Shown here: piece after piece, positions 53,544-61,236 of the stretch
Position numbering within the stretch: position 1 is the stretch's first letter
Layout: each line of letters opens with the position of its first letter
Assembly: GCA_017625505.1 (NCBI GenBank)
Contig: JAGAKV010000008.1
Coordinates: 1-61,236 of the forward strand
Length of the DNA stretch: 61,236 nucleotides
Reading direction: 5' to 3'
Source of the DNA: Clostridia bacterium
GTDB lineage: Bacteria > Bacillota > Clostridia > Christensenellales > UBA1242
Program-made: the position numbers and the translations under genes
The notes under the pieces: generated by a model
The model's input: only the letters and a program-made list of their open reading frames with translations
What the model was told of the DNA's origin: nothing
Databases searched by the model: none

Positions 53544-54771
53544 AAGAGTTGTAAACATTATAGGAAGCGGATACGCAGGGATTGAAGCTGCACTCTTTTT
53601 GGCTGGACATGATATCAAGGTGCATGTTTTTAGTAATGAAAAAATGTACAAAGAAACTGGGAAGCTCGGCGGCAACAAACAGACTCAAAGCGGGGATGTT
53701 TACGAAAAACTGCTGACAAAAGAGTTGTGTCTGCTTGGCAGCCCGCTTGCAAGAAAAAAGGTTGCACTTTCGCAGGAAAATGTAAGCTGCATCGATCCAC
53801 TTTTACTAAGCTATGGTCTTAATATGATTAATGACAACGAAAATATCGAAGTTTTCGATGCGACGGTAAGCGAGATAAGCCCCTTTGAAATCACCATAAT
53901 AGCTACAGGTCAGCACACTGAAGGGAAGATGTATGACTATCTGATCAATAAGTACGGAACCATGAAGTGTGTGCGAGCGCTTCCTGTGTTTCCTATTGTT
54001 GAAGGAATTGAAGACGCGTTTGTGTTTCAGCGTGGGGATGAGTTTTTAGTATCGCTTACCGAGACAGAATACTATATGTTTGTGCGTGAGATTATACGTC
54101 ACGCAATGGAAGAACGCAAGAATAATGAAGAATTTAGGATATATCAAAATACAATTGAAGACTTGGCTCTTCATTATAAAGAAAATCTTCGCTCTTATGC
54201 GATGATGCCGCAGCGGGTGTATGACGGAATAAAACCATATGCTACGATTACACTTAAGGCCACCGATCAAGGATTTGCCATGCAAAATATATCTTCAAAC
54301 TTGCCAGAATATAGGCAAGAGGCGATATTCAAAATGCTGAACGCTTTTCGAAATTGCAAATTTAAAAGATATGCGGGGATTACAAAAGGTCGATTTGTAA
54401 ATCCAATCCATATGACAAGCGAATTTTGTCAATCAAATCAAGAGAAAAACGTGTTTTTTGCCGGTGGAGTTATGGGGCTTGGTGGGCATATAAACAGCAT
54501 AGCCAGCGGCCTATGGACAGCCATGAATGTTTATAAATTTATTCAAAGAAAACAAATGGTACATATTTCAACCGATTGTGCCTTTGGAAAACTTATACAA
54601 AAACTTACACAAGACAAATCAACAAAAGTTAGACCACTGATTACAAATGATGATATACTTGACAGCAGCGAAATTATTGATGCAGATCGATTTGTAGAAG
54701 AGAGTTATCAAAAATCAGTGAGGGCACTAGAAAAATTTAAGGAGGACTATCAAAATGGGAAGTATGTTTAG
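53533..54771 (+). CDS. trmFO: TrmFO-like FAD-binding protein at the syntenic trmFO (gid) position, divergent
   Basis: [18 protein letters not shown] and [20 protein letters not shown] align with B. subtilis TrmFO. AAGGAG lies before ATG 53533. Confidence 0.6.
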   Translation: MINKRVVNIIGSGYAGIEAALFLAGHDIKVHVFSNEKMYKETGKLGGNKQTQSGDVYEKLLTKELCLLGSPLARKKVALSQENVSCIDPLLLSYGLNMINDNENIEVFDATVSEISPFEITIIATGQHTEGKMYDYLINKYGTMKCVRALPVFPIVEGIEDAFVFQRGDEFLVSLTETEYYMFVREIIRHAMEERKNNEEFRIYQNTIEDLALHYKENLRSYAMMPQRVYDGIKPYATITLKATDQGFAMQNISSNLPEYRQEAIFKMLNAFRNCKFKRYAGITKGRFVNPIHMTSEFCQSNQEKNVFFAGGVMGLGGHINSIASGLWTAMNVYKFIQRKQMVHISTDCAFGKLIQKLTQDKSTKVRPLITNDDILDSSEIIDADRFVEESYQKSVRALEKFKEDYQNGKYV

Positions 54772-55291
54772 AGCCACAACAATATGTGGGGTAAAAAAGG
54801 ATGGCAAGGTTGCGCTTGCGGGGGATGGACAGGTGACTATGAGCGAGTCAATCATTTTCAAATCATCCGCTCATAAGGTAAGAAGAATTTACAACGGTAA
54901 GGTTGTTATCGGTTTTGCGGGCGGTGCTGCAGATGCATTTGCTCTTTGCGAAAAATTCGAAAATATGCTCAACAAGTTCTCGGGCAATCTTATGAGAAGT
55001 GCGGTAGAACTTGCTGAAACATGGAGAAATGATAAGGCAAGACAGCTTGAGGCAATGATGATTGTTGCCGATAAAGATTCTCTTTTGGTTGTAAGCGGAA
55101 ATGGCGATGTAATCGAGCCTGACGAAGGTGTTGTGGCAATCGGATCGGGTGGAAATTATGCCCTTGCTGCAGCCAAAGCACTCAATCAAAACACAAATCT
55201 TTCAGCGAAAGAAATCGCAAGAAAGGCGCTTGAAATTGCCAGCCAAATTTGCGTATTTACAAATGACAACATCACAGTAGAGGAGGTGTAA
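54755..55291 (+). CDS. hslV: ATP-dependent protease subunit HslV (ClpQ)
   Basis: [43 protein letters not shown]. Confidence 0.92.
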   Translation: MGSMFRATTICGVKKDGKVALAGDGQVTMSESIIFKSSAHKVRRIYNGKVVIGFAGGAADAFALCEKFENMLNKFSGNLMRSAVELAETWRNDKARQLEAMMIVADKDSLLVVSGNGDVIEPDEGVVAIGSGGNYALAAAKALNQNTNLSAKEIARKALEIASQICVFTNDNITVEEV

Positions 55292-55292
55292 A

Positions 55293-56588
55293 ATGAATTT
55301 ATCACCAAGACAAATAGTTGAAGAGCTTGACAAATATATCATTGGACAGCCAAAGGCAAAACGTGCTGTTGCAATTGCTCTTAGAAATAGATATAGAAGA
55401 AGCAAACTTCCAAAGGAGCTTCGCGAAGAAATTACTCCAAAAAACATCATTATGAAAGGGCCAACAGGTGTTGGTAAAACGGAAATTGCCAGAAGACTTG
55501 CAAAACTTGTAAAAGCGCCTTTTATCAAAATTGAAGCAACAAAATATACAGAAGTTGGTTATGTTGGAAGAGATGTTGAAAGCATGGTGCGCGATCTCGT
55601 TGAAACTGCTGTAAGAATGGTTAAAGACGAAAAAGCGCATGAAGTTGAGTCAAAGGTAAAACCAACAGTTGATGCAAAACTTATTGATGCAATTTGTGAC
55701 TCAAGACGTGCCAAAGATATTGCTGTTGACAAAACGATTGTGACAGAAGAACTTGCTGCAGGCAAACTTGAAGATGAGCAGATTGAAATCAACATCATTG
55801 AGCAGCAAAAACCGATGCTTGCTATTGGTGGTCCAGAGATTAATCTAGGCTCTATGTTTGACGGAATGATGCCTCCAAAGCGCAAGAAGAGAAAACTGAC
55901 TGTTGCTCATGCAAGAGAAGTTCTTACTGCTGAAGAGTGCGAAAGAGTGATTGATAAAGATAATGTTTTTGCTGAGGCAATTAAGAGAACAGAGGAAGAG
56001 GGAATCATCTTCATCGACGAAATTGACAAAATAATCGGCAAAGCGGGCGGATCAAATCATCAAGATGTTTCACGCGAAGGTGTTCAAAGAGACATTCTCC
56101 CAATCGTTGAAGGAAGTACGGTTGCGACAAAATATGGCAATGTAAAAACTGATTTCATTCTCTTTATTGCGTCAGGTGCATTCCATCTTGCAAACATTGA
56201 GGATATGATTCCAGAGCTTCAAGGCCGCTTCCCAATCAGAGTAGAACTTGATAATCTTACTAAAGATGATTTCAAGAAAATTTTATCAGAGACAAAAAAT
56301 TCGATTATACTGCAATATGCAAGCATTTTAAAAGTTGACAACATTGAATTGAAGTTTACTGATGACGCAATGGATGAAATTGCGCAGATGACCGAACAGG
56401 AAAATGAGTCAAGTGAAAATATCGGGGCAAGGAGACTGCATACCATTATGGAGCTTCTTCTTGAGGACATATCTTTCAATGCGACAGGTGATCATCCTCT
56501 TATGGAAGTTGTGATTGACCGGGCATACGTTCAAAATGCCTTCAAAGAAACAAGCAAAAAATATGATATTAAAAAGTTTATTTTATAA
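55293..56588 (+). CDS. hslU: ATP-dependent protease ATPase subunit HslU (ClpY)
   Basis: PRQIVEELDKYIIGQ..AKRAVAIALRNRYRR, GPTGVGKTEIARRLA, IIFIDEIDK. Confidence 0.93.
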   Translation: MNLSPRQIVEELDKYIIGQPKAKRAVAIALRNRYRRSKLPKELREEITPKNIIMKGPTGVGKTEIARRLAKLVKAPFIKIEATKYTEVGYVGRDVESMVRDLVETAVRMVKDEKAHEVESKVKPTVDAKLIDAICDSRRAKDIAVDKTIVTEELAAGKLEDEQIEINIIEQQKPMLAIGGPEINLGSMFDGMMPPKRKKRKLTVAHAREVLTAEECERVIDKDNVFAEAIKRTEEEGIIFIDEIDKIIGKAGGSNHQDVSREGVQRDILPIVEGSTVATKYGNVKTDFILFIASGAFHLANIEDMIPELQGRFPIRVELDNLTKDDFKKILSETKNSIILQYASILKVDNIELKFTDDAMDEIAQMTEQENESSENIGARRLHTIMELLLEDISFNATGDHPLMEVVIDRAYVQNAFKETSKKYDIKKFIL

Positions 56589-56597
56589 GGGCAATAT

Positions 56598-57275
56598 ATG
56601 GACAAAAGCAGAACAGAACTTCTTGTAGGAAAAGAGGGGATAGAAAAACTTGCAAGCAAGCATATCACGATTGTTGGCTGTGGCGGCGTTGGAGGGTACT
56701 GCGCGGTTATGCTGGCACGTGCCGGAATTGAGCGTATGACGATCATTGATTTTGACAGCGTTTCATCGTCAAATGTCAATAGGCAAATTATTGCCTTTGA
56801 GGACACGATTGACAGGGCAAAAGTTGACGTTTTAAGCGAAATGATGCAAAAAATCAATAAAAACATCAAAATTGACGCTAAAAATGAGAAATTAACTGCA
56901 GAAAATGTAAATTATCTTGTTGGAAAGACCGATTTAGTCATTGACGCGATTGACAGTGTCCCTGATAAAATTGCGTTGATAGTTTTCTGTAAAAAGAACA
57001 ATATAAATATAGTTTCTGCAATGGGCGCAGGCAATAGATGCGACATTCCTGTGTTTGAAGTTGTTGATATTTATAAAACTTACAATGACGGCCTTGCAAA
57101 AGTTGTAAGAAAAAAATTGAAGGAAGAAGGGGTTGTCTCTTTAAATGTTGTCACTTCTTTCTCAAAACCAGCCGCGGCTGTAAGGCCGGTTGGAAGTATA
57201 AGTTACTATCCGGCTATGTGTGGTTGCACACTTGCGGCATGGGTGATTAATCAAATTTTGGAGGAAAAAATATGA
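56598..57275 (+). CDS. tcdA: ThiF/MoeB-fold tRNA threonylcarbamoyladenosine dehydratase-like protein
   Basis: ITIVGCGGVGGYCAVMLARAGIERMTIIDFDSVSSSNVNRQ. Confidence 0.72.
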   Translation: MDKSRTELLVGKEGIEKLASKHITIVGCGGVGGYCAVMLARAGIERMTIIDFDSVSSSNVNRQIIAFEDTIDRAKVDVLSEMMQKINKNIKIDAKNEKLTAENVNYLVGKTDLVIDAIDSVPDKIALIVFCKKNNINIVSAMGAGNRCDIPVFEVVDIYKTYNDGLAKVVRKKLKEEGVVSLNVVTSFSKPAAAVRPVGSISYYPAMCGCTLAAWVINQILEEKI

Positions 57276-57583
57276 AGGTAATCAAAGAAAATGAGTTTGA
57301 AAATGAAGTTTCAAAGGGAGTGACTCTTGTAGATTTTTATGCTACTTGGTGTGGCCCATGCCGAGTTATGGGGACAATCTTGGAAGATATTGAAGAGGCT
57401 CTTGGTGGCAGCGCAAACATCATTAAAGTTGATGTAGATGAATGCGAAAATATTGCAAGAAAATTTGGCATTATGTCTATTCCGACCTTGCTTGTCTTTA
57501 AAGATGGCGAGTTGAAAGAAAAACATATTGGCATCTGGGACAAAGATGATTGCATTGCAACTATTGAAAGTTATAATTCATAG
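57272..57583 (+). CDS. trxA: Thioredoxin
   Basis: WCGPC active site. 103 aa. ATGA overlap with tcdA. Confidence 0.92.
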   Translation: MKVIKENEFENEVSKGVTLVDFYATWCGPCRVMGTILEDIEEALGGSANIIKVDVDECENIARKFGIMSIPTLLVFKDGELKEKHIGIWDKDDCIATIESYNS

Positions 57584-57745
57584 TTTTTTCATAAAAAATT
57601 GCTTTTTTAATAAAAATAAGCCTTGATTTTGATTTAATTGCTTAAATATAAGCAAAAATTATCAAATTTGGCTTTTTTTATTTTGTCCTACTATTGACAA
57701 TAAATCTTTTTAGTGATAAAATTAAATAGAAAAAAGGAGTTTTAA

Positions 57746-58921
57746 ATGGGAAGAAAAGTTTATCTTGATACTGCAGCAACAACGTTTGTTTCAAGCGAAG
57801 TTCTGACAGAAATGCTGCCTTGCTTTAATGCGATTTATGGCAACAGCAATTCAGTGCACAGCTATGGCAGAGATGCGCTTGCAATTGTTGATCGTGCAAG
57901 AGATAGGGTTGCACATGCAATTGGCGCTGCAAAATCAAATGAAATATATTTCACATCAGGCGGGACCGAAGCTGACAACTGGGCCATTCTAGGTATTGCA
58001 AGGGCCAACAAGGAAAAAGGAAAACACATCATCACAAGTCAAATCGAGCATCACGCGGTTTTGGACGCATGCAAACAACTTGAGAAAGAAGGCTTTGAGG
58101 TTACATACGTTCCTGTGGACAAAACAGGGCTTGTAAATATTGCGGAGATCATTCATGCAATCAGAAAAGATACAACAATGATTTCTATTATGGCAGTAAA
58201 CAACGAGGTTGGTACCATTCAAAACATAAAAGCAATTGCAAAACTTGCTCATGAATATGGCATCATCTTCCATACTGATGCGGTTCAAGCGATGGGAGCG
58301 ATTAAACTTGATGTTCAAGACATGGAGATTGATGCAATGACAATCTCTGGCCACAAAATTTATGGCCCAAAGGGAAGCGGCTGTCTATATGTGAAAAATG
58401 GAATTAAAATTGACAATATGCTTTTTGGTGGAAGTCAAGAAAGGGGAAAACGCGGTGGTACGCTCAATGTTCCTGCAATTGCCGGTTTTGGAAAAGCGGT
58501 TGAGCTTGCAGTACGCGATATGTCAATCAACCAACAAAAAATTAAGGCAGAGCGTGAATACTTTTTGAAAAACGTAAAAGAGAAAATTCCTTATATTCAA
58601 ATCAATGGTCATCCACAGCAAAAGGTAAACAGCATTGTAAACATGTCCTTTGAAATGGTGGATAAAGAATCCCTCCTTATGCTTCTTGATATGGACGGAG
58701 TTGCGGTAAGCACAGGTTCGGCGTGTACATCAAACGCAGTGGAGGAATCTCATGTGCTCAAGGCGATGAATGTAGAAAGCGAATTTGCAAACAGTGCAAT
58801 AAGATTTTCTTTTGGAAAGAATGTGTCAAAATCGGATATTGATTATGCTGTTGATATTCTTGTGAAGTCGGTTGAAAGATTAAGATCAATTTCAGCATTT
58901 ACTAAAGCAGGGAGGAAATAA
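57746..58921 (+). CDS. nifS: Cysteine desulfurase (NifS/IscS class)
   Basis: SGHKIYGPKG (PLP Lys). GSACTS active-site Cys loop. Confidence 0.9.
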   Translation: MGRKVYLDTAATTFVSSEVLTEMLPCFNAIYGNSNSVHSYGRDALAIVDRARDRVAHAIGAAKSNEIYFTSGGTEADNWAILGIARANKEKGKHIITSQIEHHAVLDACKQLEKEGFEVTYVPVDKTGLVNIAEIIHAIRKDTTMISIMAVNNEVGTIQNIKAIAKLAHEYGIIFHTDAVQAMGAIKLDVQDMEIDAMTISGHKIYGPKGSGCLYVKNGIKIDNMLFGGSQERGKRGGTLNVPAIAGFGKAVELAVRDMSINQQKIKAEREYFLKNVKEKIPYIQINGHPQQKVNSIVNMSFEMVDKESLLMLLDMDGVAVSTGSACTSNAVEESHVLKAMNVESEFANSAIRFSFGKNVSKSDIDYAVDILVKSVERLRSISAFTKAGRK

Positions 58922-58923
58922 TT

Positions 58924-59307
58924 ATGTATAGCAAAAAGATATTAGAAAGATTTTCAAACCTTTCATATGCTGGAGGACTGCGTGGAGGAGATGGTACCGG
59001 CAAAGCAGAAAACGGAAATGAGGTTGTTAAGGTTTATATCAGCGTTGACGAACGTGGCGAAATTGATACAATCAAGTTTAAGGCTTTTGGCGGAGTTTGT
59101 ACAATTGTTGCATGTGATATTGCATGCGAGCTGGTTGAAGGCAGGACGCTTAGTCAGGCACTTGCTTTGACTGCTCAAGAAATTCTTGACGTGATCGAAC
59201 TTCCTGAAAATAAACACGCAAGCGCTCATCTCGCGCAGGAGGCTGTAAAACTTGCAGTTGAAGATTACTTTGAAAAGAAAGAAAAAGAGATGAAGAAGAA
59301 ACAATAA
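58924..59307 (+). CDS. IscU/NifU-like scaffold homolog lacking canonical cluster ligands
   Basis: Collinear with clostridial NifU N-domain proteins, but CGD is replaced by GNE, GCGAAIAS by GGVCTIVA, and HCS by ASA. Confidence 0.75.
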   Translation: MYSKKILERFSNLSYAGGLRGGDGTGKAENGNEVVKVYISVDERGEIDTIKFKAFGGVCTIVACDIACELVEGRTLSQALALTAQEILDVIELPENKHASAHLAQEAVKLAVEDYFEKKEKEMKKKQ

Positions 59308-59311
59308 TCAA

Positions 59312-59338
59312 AAAGACCTACCATAGCGTAGGTTTTTT
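59312..59338 (+). terminator. Terminator after the iscU-like gene
   Basis: ACCTAC/GTAGGT stem plus T6. Confidence 0.65.
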
Positions 59339-59348
59339 ATTTTGTATG

Positions 59349-59378
59349 AAAAAAACACCCTCCTGAGTGGAAGGGTGC
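59349..59378 (-). terminator. Terminator of the 329-aa gene
   Basis: Minus-strand CACCCT..AGGGTG stem plus U7. Confidence 0.65.
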
Positions 59379-59390
59379 AACCAAACTTCA

Positions 59391-60380
59391 TTAAGCGTTT
59401 TCTATTGCATTCAATTCTGTTGAATATTCATTTTCTGCGTCTTGCAGGTCTTGTAGTGAGGTTTTTCGACCTTTCATTTCTAGATAATAAGAATTTCCAA
59501 GCTCTTGTAGTTTTACATTAGCAGGAAGGAGGTTTTCTATTTCTTCAGGCTGATAATATTCAGTTTCTGTAACGGTTTCATATTGAGCTCCATCACGCTC
59601 GTATTCTTCAAAACTTTGAGGAATTTGCGTCTCATAAGTATGTGTATATGATAAATCTATAAGACCAACTTCTCCATATGCTTCAAATTTTGCAGATGGA
59701 ATATGGTTGTAGATTGCGTCTTTTGTCTTTGTGTTATTCTTCTCTTTTTGCGATCTAGCGATGCTAAAGATTTTCTCCATATAATCAGCGGCGTCGCTAT
59801 CATTAAAAGAATGTTTTACATCAGATTCATAGCTTAGAAGCCATGGTATATAATAAAAATCTTGTAAGTTTGTGTATGTTTGATCGATTGCAGTTAGCAA
59901 CTCTTTTTGCTGGAGTTTGCGTTGAATTAAAACCATGTCCATTGTGGTGAGTTTGTTTTCAGATTCAGCGCGTTGATTAATGCCAATACTTTCTCTGATC
60001 TTATTTTCTGCGCCAAAAATGTCTATTATGTTTTCTAGTGACTGTTGGCTGATTTTTCCTGCTTTATATTCTTTTGCAAATAGGGCGATAATGTCTTTTC
60101 TTCTTTGTAGAATATCTTTTACAACGATGTCTTTGTTTTGAAGCTCAAAAAATACTGAAGTTGAGTCTAGTAATTTTAGATCCATAAGAGAGAATTCGCG
60201 ACTGATTGCTGAAAAGTTTTTAATAAAGTCCGCTCTTGCTGAGAGCAATTCTTCTTCATCTGCTTGTTTTTCAATCAACTCTTTGATTTTTTGTTCATAT
60301 TGTTGGTATAGGGGGAATCTTTTTGCAAAATTAGCTGTGCTTGCAAGATCTTCGTTTTCAAATTTTATATCATATGTCAT
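59391..60380 (-). CDS. Hypothetical, largely helical/acidic protein
   Basis: AAAGGAGA SD lies before ATG 60380 (MTYDIKF...). No motif was recognised. Confidence 0.6.
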   Translation of the reverse strand: MTYDIKFENEDLASTANFAKRFPLYQQYEQKIKELIEKQADEEELLSARADFIKNFSAISREFSLMDLKLLDSTSVFFELQNKDIVVKDILQRRKDIIALFAKEYKAGKISQQSLENIIDIFGAENKIRESIGINQRAESENKLTTMDMVLIQRKLQQKELLTAIDQTYTNLQDFYYIPWLLSYESDVKHSFNDSDAADYMEKIFSIARSQKEKNNTKTKDAIYNHIPSAKFEAYGEVGLIDLSYTHTYETQIPQSFEEYERDGAQYETVTETEYYQPEEIENLLPANVKLQELGNSYYLEMKGRKTSLQDLQDAENEYSTELNAIENA

Positions 60381-60520
60381 AAGTTTCTCCTTTGTTAAAA
60401 CAACTATAACACAATAATGGATTATAGTCAAGAGATTTTATATTTATTGACAAAAACAAAAACATTATTGTTTATGTATATATTATAATAATTTGTGCAC
60501 ACTATAATCAAGGAGGGGGT

Positions 60521-60733
60521 ATGAAAGAAACAGCAATGCTTTTCGGATTTGGTTTGGGGCTTATAACCGGCGCACTTTTATACAAATACAATACTTGCGC
60601 AAAAAAGATTGTAGATAAAGGTGAAAAAGCAGTTATGGATGAAGTTGAAAACATGGAACAAAAAGCAAAGAAAGCCATCAAACAAGTTGAATCAAACATG
60701 GAAAAGAAAGCAGAAAAAGTAAAAAATGCTTAA
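60521..60733 (+). CDS. YtxH-like small membrane-anchored stress protein
   Basis: N-terminal TM segment LFGFGLGLITGALLY, then a K/E-rich helix. AAGGAGGGGG SD. Confidence 0.65.
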   Translation: MKETAMLFGFGLGLITGALLYKYNTCAKKIVDKGEKAVMDEVENMEQKAKKAIKQVESNMEKKAEKVKNA

Positions 60734-60798
60734 AATTTTGCTTAATTTTGCAATTTTTCTAAACAAAAAGCGATATTTTGTGCATGTTATAAAAAAGA

Positions 60799-60836
60799 AG
60801 CGAAGGTTGAACACTTTCGCTTTTTATTTTTTTTGT
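60799..60836. terminator. Terminator between convergent genes
   Basis: AGCGAAGG/CACTTTCGCT-type stem (one G-U) plus a long T-run. Confidence 0.6.
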
Positions 60837-60853
60837 TGGTTGTGTGGGAAGTT

Positions 60854-61236
60854 TTATTGTTCTTCCTGCGGAAGGGTAACGATAGAGAATGACAAACCTC
60901 CGTCGTTATCGCTGTGGCAATAGGCATTGCGGTTTACATTGGCAACGGCAATTGTTACAACAATTACTTGCAATTTGTTTTCACTGTCAAGATAGCATGA
61001 GCGCTGTCCTGCTGCCGTCGCGAGGGAGATTGACTTATCTCTTAAAAATTCGGACGGAAGGTCTTCGAGATTGTTTAAATGCTGGCAGTTTACAAGAATG
61101 TTTTTATTGTTGGTCGTTTCTTCTTCGCTGACTGAGTCTAAGTTGTCTTGCAAATCAGTCCACATTGGAGTGATTTTAATGACATCGTCACTGCTGTTTT
61201 CAAAAATATAAATCAATCGTACAGCGCTTCTTTGAG
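60854..61236 (-). CDS. Hypothetical protein, N-terminus probably outside the window
   Basis: The frame remains open from 61216 to the window edge. No motif was recognised. Confidence 0.45.
   Translation of the reverse strand, partial: QRSAVRLIYIFENSSDDVIKITPMWTDLQDNLDSVSEEETTNNKNILVNCQHLNNLEDLPSEFLRDKSISLATAAGQRSCYLDSENKLQVIVVTIAVANVNRNAYCHSDNDGGLSFSIVTLPQEEQ

Noticed and set aside
53301-53688. Minus-strand ORFs (125 aa and 64 aa) across the topA/trmFO junction
   Set aside because: They lie antisense to the topA zinc-ribbon region and the start of the trmFO-like gene. Their translations are hydrophobic low-complexity sequence with no SD.

Overview
This reads as a chromosomal segment of a low-GC Firmicute, probably from a Clostridia-like spore-former lineage. 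Two blocks keep Bacillus-type synteny: floA/yqfC-yqfD-ybeY-era and comM-dprA-topA-trmFO-hslVU. Other housekeeping content includes rplU-prp-rpmA, murB/murC, rnr, tdk, phosphoketolase, mtaB, rpsU-rplS, tcdA-trxA-nifS-iscU-like, rubrerythrin and one tRNA-Thr. Small accessory islets that look more AT-rich by eye (not computed) sit between these blocks. (1) The best candidate for an undescribed system is a divergent four-gene locus at 19.5-24.5 kb: an XRE-HTH protein with an unknown C-terminal domain and a RelA/SpoT homolog with a degenerate synthetase, facing an HExxH protein and a protein with a HipA-like kinase signature. (2) An ABC exporter/P-loop kinase/GNAT operon is preceded by a textbook-looking leader-peptide attenuator. 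(3) A rearranged tRNA-Thr locus carries an iteron-like array and a cassette, flanked by direct repeats, that encodes a triple-repeat Trp/Tyr-rich protein. (4) An SPFH/zinc-ribbon (YdjI/YdjG-like) operon has an A10 tract that splits one gene from its membrane anchor. (5) A cI/Cro-like HTH pair has three phased operators and a decayed third copy. Several core-looking enzymes (ThyX-like, TrmFO-like, IscU-like) seem to lack canonical catalytic residues. Several genes have leaderless-mRNA promoter geometry. No CRISPR array, transposase, integrase or rRNA was seen. All calls come from motif reading by eye; no searches or computations were run.
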